A stretch of 63,643 nucleotides of DNA, counting the filler, from Chiloscyllium plagiosum (taxonomy: Eukaryota): the NCBI RefSeq assembly GCF_004010195.1. It is 4 parts of one record of this genome, joined end to end, with 100 filler letters (N's around TTAATTAATTAA, not from the genome) between each part and the next. Parts side by side here need not be neighbours in the genome. Positions count along the whole stretch, not along the records: positions 25,660 to 51,906 come from NC_057713.1; 3 more parts are not named here. One strand, written 5' to 3'. This document shows, piece by piece, positions 39,524-52,006 of the stretch; position 1 is the first letter of the stretch; the number at the start of each line of letters is the position of its first letter. The translations under genes and the position numbers were made by a program. The notes beneath the pieces were generated by a model. That model was not told where the DNA came from. It saw only the letters and a program-made list of their open reading frames with translations, and did no database searches.

Positions 39524-39919
39524 AACAGACAGCCTGCCACCATCTAAAAGAAGAATGCTGGGCCAGTCAGCAATTTCCAAATCCCATGCATGAATTAAAA
39601 ATAAGTGAGTGAGCTTGTTATAGAGCAGTTGTTGTCAGCAATTTGGCAAAGCAAGATTCTATAACGCAAGTTTCCACGCTGTAATGTAATCTAATCTAAT
39701 AGATAATTCATATTTGGTAAAGGAGAGACTAATACTAGCCAGGACACTAAGAGAGTTCTGTATGCTTCAAATAATGACATTGTGCAAAACATTCAATGTC
39801 AGGACTTCTTTTTAACAACTCATCAGAAAGTCTCCACCTCTGACAATCTCGCAATTGTATTCATCTTGATAGATATTTTGTTTGCAAGTTGAACATTATT
39901 GCATTTTTTTTTGCCTTAG

Positions 39920-40122
39920 CTTCCAGGATTTTGATATCCAGAGCTCTGCTTGGTGTAGTTCCGACTGGCTAACTATAGGAGTGTATAAAAGTGTTGACGG
40001 AACTAGAGTGTGTGGATCATCCATTCCAGCACCTTACATTTCTTCAAAGGACCATGTCTGGATTAAGTTTCATTCAGATGACAGGTATACTGGAAAAGGT
40101 TTCCGACTGTCTTATGTCACAG
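39920..40122 (+). CDS. LRP12: LRP12(-like) internal coding exon, C-terminal part of first CUB domain
   Basis: Polypyrimidine tract and ttag acceptor (AG 39918-39919), gtatgt donor at 40123, 203 bp. Encodes (S)FQDFDIQSSAWCSSDWLTIGVYKSVDGTRVCGSSIPAPYISSKDHVWIKFHSDDRYTGKGFRLSYVT(G), recognisably LRP12 CUB1. Its phase-1 end splices in frame to 47140. Confidence 0.88.
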
Positions 40123-40821
40123 GTATGTGTAAAATTGGTGTCCTTTTTCTTTGAGTCGAAATGCAGCTAGTTTGTTCGTTCTAATGCCCCTCCTAATCTA
40201 TTCAATCTCTTTCAGCCCGATTACTCTATGCCTCTGCATTCCTATAATTTTCAGTCCTTCACACTCTTAATTTTAATCATTCCATCAAGAGAGTTCGGTA
40301 TGCTTCAAATAATGACATTGTGCAAAACATTCTATCCTCCTTTAACTTTATAAGCAGTGGTTTTTGACCCATGTTAGAATTTCATTGGCATGCCAATGAA
40401 TGTGCCCACACATTAATGGAATATGGTGCTTGTGAACTTTTTTTGTAATTTGTTTCGTTTTAAAGTGCATCACAACTCACTAATTAACTTTTGAAATCAA
40501 GTTGCTGTTCTAGAGGCAAAATGTCTAGCCAGTTGGCATAAAGCAGGGTCCCAGATAAAGTAGGGAGATATTTTGAATTGGGATGTGGGCTGACGGCGAA
40601 AGTTGTCATGACACTGGGGACTTAAGCCTTTCACCACCTAGAACTATTTTGACATTTACTTGGGTCATTACTGATCTATGTCTTGTTGGTTCTGTAGTCC
40701 TTGCTACCTTGCCTAACAAAACTGTTAAACTCAGTCATAAAATTCTTGATTTTAATGAGATTGCCTGATTTCCAATGCCTTTGTGTAAAGAAATGCTTCC
40801 TAACAGTCTCCCTGAATTTTG

Positions 40822-41141
40822 ATTAGATTAGATTAGATTAAATTCCCTATAGTGTGGAAACAGGCCCTTCGGCCCAACAAGTCCAGACCGACCCTCCGAA
40901 GAGTAACCCACCTAGACCCATTTCCCTGTGACTAATGCACCCAACAGTATGGGCAATTTAGCATGGCCAATTCACCTGTCCTGCACATCTTTGGACTGTG
41001 GGAGGAAACCGGAGCACCCGGAGGAGACCCACGCAGACACGGGGAGAATGTGCAAACTCCACACACATTTGCCCAAGGCTGGAATTGAACCTGGAATCCA
41101 GGTGCTGTGAGGCAGCAGTGCTAACTGAGCCACCATGCCGC
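40822..41141 (-). mobile_element. HE1-type V-SINE
   Basis: (gatta)n tail and full body. Confidence 0.9.
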
Positions 41142-41946
41142 ACTATGGGGGGGTAATTCCCTATGATGTATCCCCCAATAGAAGTTTCTGTTTACCTTCA
41201 ATCTTTAAATACAATTAGATTGGATCTTATTCTGCTATCCTCTGAAGTGTAGAAGATTTTCGGCAATTTGTCGCCAGAATTTTAAATCTTCTAGCCTTGG
41301 CATAATTCTGTTAGGTCTGCTCTTAGAGGCTGTTGGAGATTTCTTGAGGTTCAGTGCCCAGGAGTGAAAGTAATAGTTTAACTGGAAATCTAACTAGATT
41401 GTTATAATTGTAAATCAGCTTTCACCTTTTTATGTTACTGTCACCCTGTTAAATTAGTTGAATTATTTTTTGCATCAGTGCAATGTTGCAGGATGATGTG
41501 CAAATACCTTTACTACTGCCAGTCATTACCACGTTGAAACAGGATGTGATGTATCTGTCACATAATTTGCAGTCAGTATGCAAACAGTGATCAGATATAG
41601 CATATACAGCCTCCAGGTAAATTTATTGGTAAAGACTTCACATTATTATTTCACCATTCCTTGTCTATGATGGATATGAAAGAAAAGAACATCATATTTA
41701 CTAGCTTTTGGTAATGCCTGGAGGCTTGATCCTTAAACTTTGCTGCAAGGATGTGACCTTTTGCCATTTCTAACATATTCAGATCAATCATTTTTGAGTG
41801 AAGAGTGTATAAGCATTAATTTTAAAAGACGATAAGAGGTAGAAACAGCAGTAAGCCATTGGGCCATTCATTAGGTTCATAACTGTTCCAACATTCTTCC
41901 TTTCCTGCATTTTCCCCATAACCCTTATTCCCTGATTGATCAAAGA

Positions 41947-42840
41947 TCTCTCTCTCTCTCTGCTCCACCACCCTCTCTTCCCCATCTTTCTCTGCCCCCC
42001 CCCCCCCCCCCTCTGCCCCTCTATACCCCTCCCTCTCTCTGTACTCCTCGCTCTCCACTCTCTCTGTCCCCCTCTATACCCCTTGCGAGCTGTCTCTCTG
42101 TACCCCTCGCGAACGCTCGCGCTCTCTGTACCCCTCGCNNNNNNNNNNNNNNNNNNNNNNNNNNNNNNNNNNNNNNNNNNNNNNNNNNNNNNNNNNNNNN
42201 NNNNNNNNNNNNNNNNNNNNNNNNNNNNNNNNNNNNNNNNNNNNNNNNNNNNNNNNNNNNNNNNNNNNNNNNNNNNNNNNNNNNNNNNNNNNNNNNNNNN
42301 NNNNNNNNNNNNNNNNNNNNNNNNNNNNNNNNNNNNNNNNNNNNNNNNNNNNNNNNNNNNNNNNNNNNNNNNNNNNNNNNNNNNNNNNNNNNNNNNNNNN
42401 NNNNNNNNNNNNNNNNNNNNNNNNNNNNNNNNNNNNNNNNNNNNNNNNNNNNNNNNNNNNNNNNNNNNNNNNNNNNNNNNNNNNNNNNNNNNNNNNNNNN
42501 NNNNNNNNNNNNNNNNNNNNNNNNNNNNNNNNNNNNNNNNNNNNNNNNNNNNNNNNNNNNNNNNNNNNNNNNNNNNNNNNNNNNNNNNNNNNNNNNNNNN
42601 NNNNNNNNNNNNNNNNNNNNNNNNNNNNNNNNNNNNNNNNNNNNNNNNNNNNNNNNNNNNNNNNNNNNNNNNNNNNNNNNNNNNNNNNNNNNNNNNNNNN
42701 NNNNNNNNNNNNNNNNNNNNNNNNNNNNNNNNNNNNNNNNNNNNNNNNNNNNNNNNNNNNNNNNNNNNNNNNNNNNNNNNNNNNNNNNNNNNNNNNNNNN
42801 NNNNNNNNNNNNNNNNNNNNCCCCTCCTCCCCTCCCCCCT
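41947..42840. repeat. CT-rich low-complexity tract around an assembly gap (N 42139-42820)
   Basis: ctctctgtacccc-like repeats and a poly-C run on both sides of the N run. Confidence 0.85.
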
Positions 42841-43769
42841 CTGGAGAACCAGAAGGATGTATTTGCTCCTTGAACCTGGTGGTTTATGATGTAAAAGAAA
42901 GAGGAATACATTTTCAAGAAACGAACTGAGAATAAAAACCAAACCCAAAAGTAAAATCCTGAAATCAACCTGGATTGATCCATTATCTAAATCCATTACT
43001 ACTTATACAGCTTGGATGGTGTCAGTTAATAGGCACTCTTGACTCTCTCAAAATAAAAGTGATGCTCCTCTCCAGCAAGTCACAGCAGAAAACAGAACAT
43101 GTATTTGTGACCTCTGATTAAAAATAGTAGTGGTTTAAGATTAGAAACTTAAATGCAGGATACTCCTGATCCTGGGAATCTGAAATACAAGTAGAACATT
43201 AGAAATGATTAGTCAATCAGGTAGCGATAATGCTTCGAGAAACAGTGTTTTTAAGGTGATCACTTTTTATCAGAACTTAGAAGACTGCTGACTGCAGTTC
43301 TCTGACTTAAATTATAGTAACCTAAAGGGAGTGATGCACTGGAGACCATGGAATATCGACTTGTTTGTAGAAGAACAGTTGAGAAGGGAAAGTTGGAGGC
43401 AAAGAAAGAAAGGGAATTAAGTTATGAATCAAAGGTTGCGAGTAGCCTAGACCAAACCTCAACAAATTTAAATTCCTGGGGCTATAGGATTTGTTACCCT
43501 GCCCAATGTAGTGAATAGAAGCTGGCAAGTCCCATTCCTGGTTAGAGAGATCCTGCATTCGTAGGTGAAATTTGAAGGTACATGAGATATCTTTTGCCCC
43601 CTAACCTACCAACTGTCTTGAGCTGTATGCTTTCATATCCTCCACTTTGAATTTGTTGCTATATTAAGCCATTTACTTTTTTTTAATCACTTACCTAAAA
43701 TCCTTAACAAAAGACTTAATTAACATAATACAAAATATCTCTGATATATCTTAGCTTGTTAGTTTTGTC

Positions 43770-44415
43770 AAAAGGTAAATAGTGTGGTGAGGAAGGCATA
43801 TGGCATACTGGCTTTTATTGGTAGAGGAATTGAGTTCCGGAGTCCTGAGGTCATGATGCAGTTGTATAAGACTCTGGTGCGGCCGCATCTGGAATATTGT
43901 GTGCAGTTTTGGTCACCATACTATAGGAAGGGTATGGAGGCACTGGAACGGGTGCAGAGGAGGTTTACCAGGATGTTGCCTGGTATGGAAGGAAGATCGT
44001 ATGAGGAAAGACTGAGACACTTGGGGCTGTTTTCATTAGAGAAAAGAAGGTTTAGGGGTGACTTGATTGAGGTGTACAAGATGATTAGGGGGTTAGATAG
44101 GGTTGACAGTGTGAACCTTTTCCCGCGTATGGAGTCGGGTATTACAAGAGGGCATAGCTATAAATTAAGGTGGGGGGGGTAGATATAGGACTGAAGTTGG
44201 GGTAGGTTCTTCACTCAGCGAGTCGTAAGTTCATGGAATGCCTTGCCAGTAGCAGTGGTGGACTCTCCCTCTTTATGGGCATTTAAGCGGGCATTGGATA
44301 GGCATATGGAGGATAGTGGTCTCGTGTAGGTTAGGTGGGCTTGGATCGGCGCAACATCGAGGGCCAAAGGGCCTGTACTGCGCTGTATTCTTCTATGTTC
44401 TATGTTCTATGTTCT
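43770..44415 (+). mobile_element. Young CR1 3' end
   Basis: Open LVRPHLEYCVQFWSPYYRK..LERVQRRFTRMLPG, CpG-rich, with a (ttctatg)n tail. Confidence 0.92.
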
Positions 44416-44747
44416 AATTGTTGTTTCTCATTCAGTATTATATCTTTCATTAATATGTATGCTATTGATTATCTAACAGGACAATTAAACTAATTTTTAA
44501 ATGTCAATTGCTTTAAATATAACTTGAATGTATGAACAGCTAAAACCTTTCCAGTTCCATGTTGCTGAATCCTTAATGCACTCATTATTGGCCAAGCACA
44601 ATGTTTGTTCACTGTTAAGATTTCCAAAGAAGCAGGTTGCATGTTTTCTTCCTATTATTTAATTACTGTCACTGACCTTTTAAGTAGTAGTTGAATTCTA
44701 TATCTTCAGGAGGGCTGGGTTCAAATCCCACCTATTCCAGACATATC

Positions 44748-45550
44748 ATAGAGATGTGCAACACGAAACAGACCTTTCGGTCCAATTTGTCCCTGCTGAG
44801 CAGATATCCCAACCCATTCTAGTCCCATCCGGCCCATATCCCTACAAACCCTTCCTATTCAAATACCCATCCAGATTCCTTTTAATGTTGCAATTGTACG
44901 AGCCTCCATCACCACCTCAGGCAACTCATCTGTACACGTACCACCTTCTGCATGAAATTATTGACCATTAGGTCTCTTTTATATCTTTCCCCTCTCACCC
45001 TAAACCTATGCCCCCTAGTTCTGGAGTCCCCCACCCCAGGAAAAGACCTTGTCTATTTACCCTATCCATGCTCCTCATGATTTTATAAACCTCTATAAGG
45101 TCATCCCTCACCTCTGATGCTCCAGGTAAAATAGCCCCAGCCTATTCAACCTCTCCCTCTAGCTCAAATCCTCCAACCCTGGCAACATCCTTGTAAATCT
45201 TTTCTGAACCCGTTGAAATTTCACAACATCCCTCCAATAGGAAGGAGACCAGAACTGCATGCAATATTCCAAAAGTTGCCTAACCAATGTCCTGTACAGC
45301 TGCAATATGATCTCCCAACTCCTGTACCCAATACTCTGACCAATAAAGGAAAGCATATCAAACACTTTCCGAATGCGTGTACATCCTGTCCCTCAGGATT
45401 ACCTCCAACAACTTGCCCACCTCCAATGTCAGGCTCACCCTGACTTGTCCTTACCACCTTTCTTAAATAGTGGCATACGTTAGCCGAACTCTAGTCTTCC
45501 AGAACCTCACCTGTGACTATCGATGATGGAAATATCTCAGCAAGGAGCCC
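44748..45550 (-). mobile_element. CR1 3' end with internal deletion
   Basis: LYRTLVRQLLEYCMQFWSP..QRVQKRFTRMLPG on the minus strand. Confidence 0.88.
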
Positions 45551-46292
45551 ACATATCTGACAGGTTGATAGTAAAAGGAAATCTGTAGCTGCAGCTCTGA
45601 GGCCTTGCAATATTTGTGCACTAAAATTGAAGTGCAGTTCAGGGTTTTGAAATAGCGTTGCCATTTGGAGAGCCACCACATCATCTATTCATGCTTTTTT
45701 TTTTCTGAGATGTGATCTGATCAAGAAAGAATTCAGAAAATCTCCAGTGGGCTCTTCTTGTGCAGTTCCAGACCACTATCAAAGTACTTGCTTGTTAACG
45801 ACCATAAAGCTGGCAGCCTATCTTTTTGCCCTCAGTGCACAAGGTACATATCATGGAGCAGTGCTGTTCCTGGTACGAAGGTTAAGATGCCCGACTTCTG
45901 AAAGTTTAAGAAGTGGAAAAGCAGGAACAGTCTAGCTTAAATCAATGACTTTGCCGATTCCTGTTTCCATTTCTGCCCTCTCTGTATCTTGTATTAGGAA
46001 AGAAGTATGAAGAATCTTTTCAGAAATGGCTCATTCTCTATCCTTCCTGCACCCCATCTGAACTATCACCTTTTTGGCATATGGAGCTATATAGAGGTGG
46101 AGTTGTGCACACGCATTTTTTTTTACAGTGAAGCAAAGTTTGTCATTCCAATAGGAGGCATGTAATAGCAGCATCAGTATTCATTTTAATGTGTCAAGCA
46201 CAAAGCTTGGCCCTGAAGATGATTGTTTTTTCTGACAAATTATTCTGAAATATTCTGTAAAACAAAAGTATGATTTCAAGTTTAATTTTTAG

Positions 46293-47024
46293 GAGAAAGT
46301 GAGGACTGCAGATGCTGGAGATCAGAGCTGAAAAATGTGTTGCTGGAAAAGTACAGCAGGTCAGGCAGCATCAAAGGAGCTGGAGAATTGACGTTTCGGG
46401 CATAAGCGAACCATGACGTCACTTCTGCCCCACCGACCATGCAGCCTCCGCGATTGCTGCCCAGACAACCGCCTCCACGATCGCCAGGAAGACAATCGCC
46501 TCCGCAGGGTCCACAGCCACCGGGAACAACACCGTTTCTGCCGTCGCCGCAGCCACTTCTGCCCCCGGAGTTGCCGTCGCCGCATCTACTTCTGCTCCAG
46601 TGACGTCACTCACCTGCACAACAACCATGCCGCATGCATCCCCGCCCCCACGCCTAACTCTGTCCCCACGCCAGGTCCTAGCTCCCAGCCCTGCCGTATT
46701 TTCACCATCCCTCCAGACCTCCTCCTCTCTGAGGATGAAAGATCAGTCCTCAGCAGAGGTCTCACCTTCATCCCCCTACGCTCCCAGATTAACGAGTTCA
46801 ACACGCGGCGAGACATTGAATAATTCTTCTGCCGCCTTCGCCTCCGCGCCTACTTCTTCAACCAGGATTCTCGCCTACCCTCTGATGACCCCTTCTCCCA
46901 CCTCCAACACACCCAATCCATCTGGACACCCCGTAACAGCCTGAAAAAGGGCTTATGCCCAAAACGTCGATTCTCCTGCTCCTTGAATGCTGCCTGACCT
47001 GCTGCGCTTTTCCAGCAACACGTT
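46293..47024 (+). mobile_element. PLE family A insertion with inverted termini and an internal ORF fragment
   Basis: Exact 19-bp TSD tttcaagtttaatttttag (46274-46292, 47025-47043). Internal LSEDERSVLSRGLTFIP (N-terminal PLE motif). Confidence 0.9.
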
Positions 47025-47139
47025 TTTCAAGTTTAATTTTTAGTGTGTTTCTCTAGTTTCTAAAGAAATAAAAGCAATTTATTCACTTCAACAAATGCTA
47101 CTTTTTTCCATAGTGAGTTTGAGTATGTTTTCCTTTCAG

Positions 47140-48241
47140 GAAGATCTGAGGAAGTAGGCTGTGACTGGGACCAGTTCCACTGTAACAATGGAAAATGTAT
47201 CCCTGAAATTTGGAAATGCAACACAATGGATGAATGTGGAGACAACTCTGATGAAGAGCTGTGCGAACGGCCAATTCCACCAACTGCCTTTCCATTTCAG
47301 CCTTGCACATATGATCAGTTCCAGTGTTTGTCAAGATATACAGCAGCTTATACATGCTTACCTGAGGCCTTGCAATGTGATGGAAATATTGACTGCCTTG
47401 ATTTGGAAGATGAAATAGATTGTGAACCCCCTAGTTGTGGCAAGTGGCTGAGAAACTTTTATGGAACATTCAGTTCTCCTAATTATCCTGCATTTTATCC
47501 ACCTGGCAGCAATTGCACATGGCTGATTGACACTGGAGACAGACGCAAAGTCATTTTACGTATCACAGATTTGAAGCTGGATGGCACTGGCTATGGCGAT
47601 TATATTAAAGTGTACGATGGCCTGGAGGAGAACTCTCTCAGACTGCTACGTGTCCTGACATCCTTTGATTCTCGGCCACCAATCACTGTCGTCTCCTCTT
47701 CTGGACAGGTGCGGGTGCATTTTTATGCTGACAAAGTTAATGCAGCCAGAGGTTTTAATGCCACCTATCAAGTTGCAGGGTTTTGCCTTCCATGGGAGAT
47801 TCCCTGTGGAGGCAATTGGGGTTGCTTTACTGAGCAACAGCGCTGTGATGGTTATTGGCATTGCCCAAATGGACGAGATGAGCGCAACTGTAGTTCATGT
47901 CAAAAGGATGAGTTTCTCTGCTCTCGCAATGGAGTGTGCTATCCTCTAGCAGACCGATGCAATTACCAGAACCATTGTCCGAATGGATCAGATGAGAAGA
48001 ACTGCTTCTTTTGTCAGCCTGGTAACTTCCACTGCAAGAACAACCGCTGTGTGTTTGAGAGCTGGGTTTGCGATGCACAGGATGACTGTGGTGATGGCAG
48101 TGATGAAGAGAGCTGTCCTGTGATTGTACCGACGCGGGTGATAACTGCAGCAGTCATTGGAAGTTTAATCTGTGGGCTACTCCTTGTGATTGCACTAGGA
48201 TGTACCTGCAAACTGTACTCTCTGAGAATGTTTGAACGGAG
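47140..48241 (+). CDS. LRP12: LRP12(-like) large coding exon: 2 LDLa repeats, CUB2, 3 LDLa repeats, transmembrane helix
   Basis: tttcctttcag acceptor (AG 47138-47139) and gtaagt donor at 48242, with an open 1102-bp frame (ORF track 47226-48245). Contains [64 protein letters not shown] and [35 protein letters not shown], which matches LRP12 closely. Confidence 0.92.
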
Positions 48242-48774
48242 GTAAGTGCTGACTGCAAAAATTAAATATATTGATTTATAGAAGAATTGAAGCAGAATCC
48301 TAGCATTTCAGATGCAAGGTTATTTATTTCAACTTTGTCTTTGTCAATCTGAATAGACCTAGCAGATGCATTTGTTCTTGCTGTGGGCTGAGGAATAAAG
48401 ATTTTTCTCTCCATTATATTCAAAAGATGGTGGCAGTCTCATCACCCAGAGATTTGGAATAGCTGTATTAGAAGTGGAGAGAGAGAAAATGAGGAAGTTA
48501 TTGTGGAATCTCTGAACTAAATAGTTAATTAAACTTGTTCTTGGGCCTTGTCTGTACCAATAAATTATGTTTCTGCAGAGAGAAGGCTTGATGGAGAGGC
48601 AAGTATGTATTTTGAATGAATTACAAATCTGGCAAGAATGCCAATATGCTGGCTGGAATAACACACTTTTTATTGTACAAACCATTAGTTGTTCTTGTTG
48701 TAATACCTGTGTTAAAATTCTGATGTTGTAATGTCAATATTTATTAAATGTCAGTTGACTGTGAATCAATACTG

Positions 48775-49053
48775 TGGCACGGTGGTACAGTGGTTAGCAC
48801 TGCTACCTCACAGCGCCAGAGACCCGGGTTCAATTCCCTCCTCAGGCGACTGACTGTGTGGGTTTCCTCTGGGTGCTCCGGTTTCCTCCCACAGTCCAAA
48901 AATGTGCAGGTCAGGTGAATTGGCCATGCTAAATTGCCCATAGTGTTAGGTGCAGGGGTAAATGTAGGGGAATGGGTCTGGGTGGGTTGTGCTTCGGCGG
49001 GTCGGTGTGGACTTGTTGGGCCAAAGGGCCTGTTTCCACACTGTAAGTAATCT
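48775..49053 (+). mobile_element. HE1-type V-SINE (small internal deletion)
   Basis: GGCACGGTGGTACAGTGG head, GGTTCAATTCC and tail. Confidence 0.9.
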
Positions 49054-49148
49054 AAAAAAAAAATGGAAGGGAGCTTAGTTATTTTCAACCTGACCAACAA
49101 GGCCTTCCCTTTCCTAAAGCTGAGGTATTTTTGGTCAGATATTTACTA

Positions 49149-49352
49149 CGGTCAGTTCTGATATAATGCGATAGTTCCATTCTTGTGTGATCTCACACAT
49201 TAAGAAAATTGTGCAGCAGCTACACCATTTAAACTAATGGGGCTGGAATCATTTCATAGCCAATATAGGTAAGGAAAGTTCGCACTCTACAAATAACGAT
49301 CTAAATTCTTCAATTGCATTAAACCCAATTCGTGTTATAGCAGAACCAACCG
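49149..49352. mobile_element. Tigger-like MITE
   Basis: Imperfect TIRs cggtcagttctgatataatgcga / tcgtgttatagcagaaccaaccg with flanking TA dinucleotides. Confidence 0.75.
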
Positions 49353-49419
49353 TATTTTGAAATACATTTTTATTGTTGGGCATGGATAATTTTGTGACCA
49401 TAGCACTTAGAATTATACA

Positions 49420-49935
49420 GTACAAAAGAAACCCTTCGACCCGTCGAGTCTGCACCAACAAAAACTACACTCGTCCAGCTTTCCAGCACTTGGCCCGTAC
49501 TGTTATGACATTTAAAATACTCATCCCAAGAATATGAAGCTTCTTGCCTCAGCTACCCTCCCAGGCAGCCCAGATTCTCACCAACTCCGGTGGGTGGAGA
49601 AAATGTTTCCTTAAATCCTCTCTAAATCTCTGCCTTTCACCTTAAAGTTATGACCCCTTCTTATTAACATTTCATCTAAGGGAACAGCTGTTTCTAATAA
49701 CCCATCTGCCTCTCATAACTTATACACCTCAATCAGGTTCACTGTCAGCATTCTCTGCTCTAAAGAAAACAATCCAAGTTTATCCAGCCTTCCTTCATAG
49801 GTAAAGTGCTCCATCCCTGGCAACATCCTGATGAACCTCCTCTGCATGCTGTCCATTGCAGTCACATCCTCCTTTTCATGTGGTGACCAGAACTGCATAC
49901 AGTACTCCAGCTGTTGCCTAACCAAAGTTTTATAC
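49420..49935 (-). mobile_element. CR1 3' fragment
   Basis: YKTLVRQQLEYCMQFWSP motif. Confidence 0.85.
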
Positions 49936-50597
49936 TTTATTTTGTACACTTATTCCTCCAGGTAGTAACTGTTAAATAAGAGCTGTGTCCACAATATTTT
50001 TGTATGCTAAGTCAATAATTTAAGGCTTTTTGTTTCCACTTTTAATGTTCCTGAGATGAATTATCAGTTTTCACTTTCACAACAGGCCACCTAATTTATG
50101 TTAAGGTGCATTACAATCTAGTGGCATAGCAAAGCCTCTTTTTTTTACATCTGATAATCGAACCTTAATTTGAACTTTAGAGCAAAATCAATACTGTTTA
50201 TTCACAATGGTTACATAATTCCCTCCATTAAGATTGTTTGTTTGTACAGATGATGGAGGTGTTATCTTGGACTTTCATCTAGACTGGAGTTCAGGAATAG
50301 AATAAATAGTGATGTTTTTGCTTAATGAAGTGAGAGTTCCACAATCCAGGAGCTGTTGAGACTCAACTTGCCTTTACATCAGATTGTAGGTAAAATTACA
50401 GCTTTGTTCAGCAAATCTGCAGACTCATTGCTTTTGAGGATAATTGAAATTGACTCATTGTTGTAAATTGTAGCATTTATTGAATAGAATTATCACAAAC
50501 CCTCCCCTTGGTCTCCACCTGAATGTGGAGTATAGCGATAATTCTATGTATTTTTGTGTTGTATTATCTAATAATTTTATTCTGCACCTTGATTTTC

Positions 50598-51906
50598 ATA
50601 GAATTGTACAGCACAGAAACAGACCCTTTGGTCCAACACTCCCATGCCAACCAAATATCCCAAATTAATCTTGACGCAATTGGCCCATATCCCTCCAAAC
50701 TCTTCATATTCATGTACCTGTCCAGATGCCTTTTAGATGTTGTAATTGTACCAGTCTCCTCCACTTCCTCTGGCAGCTCATTCCATTTACACACCACCTT
50801 CCGCATGAAAATGTTGTCCCAAACGTCCCTTTTAAATCTTTTCCCTGTCACCATAAACCTATTCCCTCTAATTTTGGAGTCCCCAACCCTGGAAAAGAAA
50901 CCTTGGCTATTCACCCTATCCAGGCCCCTTATGATTTTATAAACCCTTCTCAGGTCAACTTGAAAGGGTTCAGAAAAGATTTACAAAGATATTTCAATGC
51001 AAGGATTATCAGAAATAAGGTGGGTGAACTTAAGGCGTGGATCGGTACCTGGGACTACGATATTGTGGCCAGGACGGAAACGTGGATAGAAGAGGGACAG
51101 GAATGGTTGTTGGAGGTTCCTGGTTACAGATGTTTAGTAAGATTAGGGAGGGTGGTTAAAAAAGGAGGGGGAGTGGCGTTGCTAATTAGAAATGGTATAA
51201 CGACTGCAGAAAGGCAGTTCGAGGGAGATCTGCCTTTGGAGGTAGTATGGGCTGAAGTCAGAAATAGGAAAGGTGCAGTCACCTTTTTGGGTGTTTACTA
51301 TAGGCCAGTAGTCATGGGTGATTTCAACTTCCCAAATATTGATTGGAAGCTCTTTAGATCAAGTAGATTGGATGGGGTGGTGTTTGTGCAGTGTGTACAG
51401 GAAGCTTTTCTAACTCAGTATGTAGATTGTCCGAACAGAGGGGAGGCCATATTGGATTTGGTACTTGGTAACGAACCGGGACAAGTGATGGGCTTGTTAG
51501 TGGGTGAACATTTTGGTGATGGTGACCACAATTCTGTGACTTTCACCTTGGTTATGGAGAGAGATAGGTGCGTACAACAGGGTAGGTTTTACAATTGGGG
51601 GAAGGGTAAATACGATCCTGTAAGACAGGATCTGAGGAGCATAAGTTGGGAGCATAGACTGTCGGGGAAGGATGTCGTGGAAATGTGGAACTTTTTCAAG
51701 AAACAGAAACGACGAGTCCTTGATATGTATGTACCGGTCAGGCAGGAAAGAAATGGTCGTGTGAGGGAACCTTGGTGGACGAGGGAGGTTGAATGTCTTG
51801 TAAAGAGGAAGAAGGAGGCTTACATAAGGCTGAGGAAACAAAGTTCAGACAGAGCATTGGAGGGATACACGATTGCCAGGAGGGAGCTGAAGAAACGAAT
51901 TAGGAG
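50598..51906. mobile_element. CR1 3' end (minus, 50598-50955) abutting a young CR1 APE domain (plus, about 50990-51906)
   Basis: YFNAR..DIVARTETW..GGVALL..VVMGDFN..LDLVL..GDHN endonuclease motifs, cut off by the gap. Confidence 0.9.
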
Positions 51907-52006
51907 NNNNNNNNNNNNNNNNNNNNNNNNNNNNNNNNNNNNNNNNNNNNTTAATTAATTAANNNNNNNNNNNNNNNNNNNNNNNNNNNNNNNNNNNNNN
52001 NNNNNN
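51907..52006. other. Artificial scaffold spacer N44-TTAATTAATTAA-N44
   Basis: 100-bp spacer with unrelated elements on each side. Confidence 0.95.

Larger units (their letters stand above)
38215..39860. mobile_element. Ancient Deu-domain-like SINE split by nested insertions
   Basis: Degenerate segments 38215-38292 and 39605-39860 resemble the DeuSINE body as I recall it (cttgcatttat.., ccaggacac..cttcaaataatgaca..tttaacaactcatcagaaag..cacctctgaca). A similar relic lies at about 57140-57390. Confidence 0.5.

Noticed and set aside
41788..42996. Long ORFs of 317-402 aa
   Set aside because: They consist mostly of N-gap and low-complexity sequence.
46361..46823. GC-rich, CpG-island-like stretch with Arg/Ala-rich ORFs
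   Set aside because: Internal part of a TSD-bounded young PLE insertion, not a promoter.
50350..50392. VETQL followed by a gtaaaa donor-like site, resembling the next LRP12 exon
   Set aside because: No continuation of the expected SRVEAELLRREAPPSY sequence and no convincing acceptor.
50726..51958. 410-aa ORF
   Set aside because: Chance fusion of an antisense CR1 3' end with a CR1 APE domain, ending in a gap. Not a host gene.
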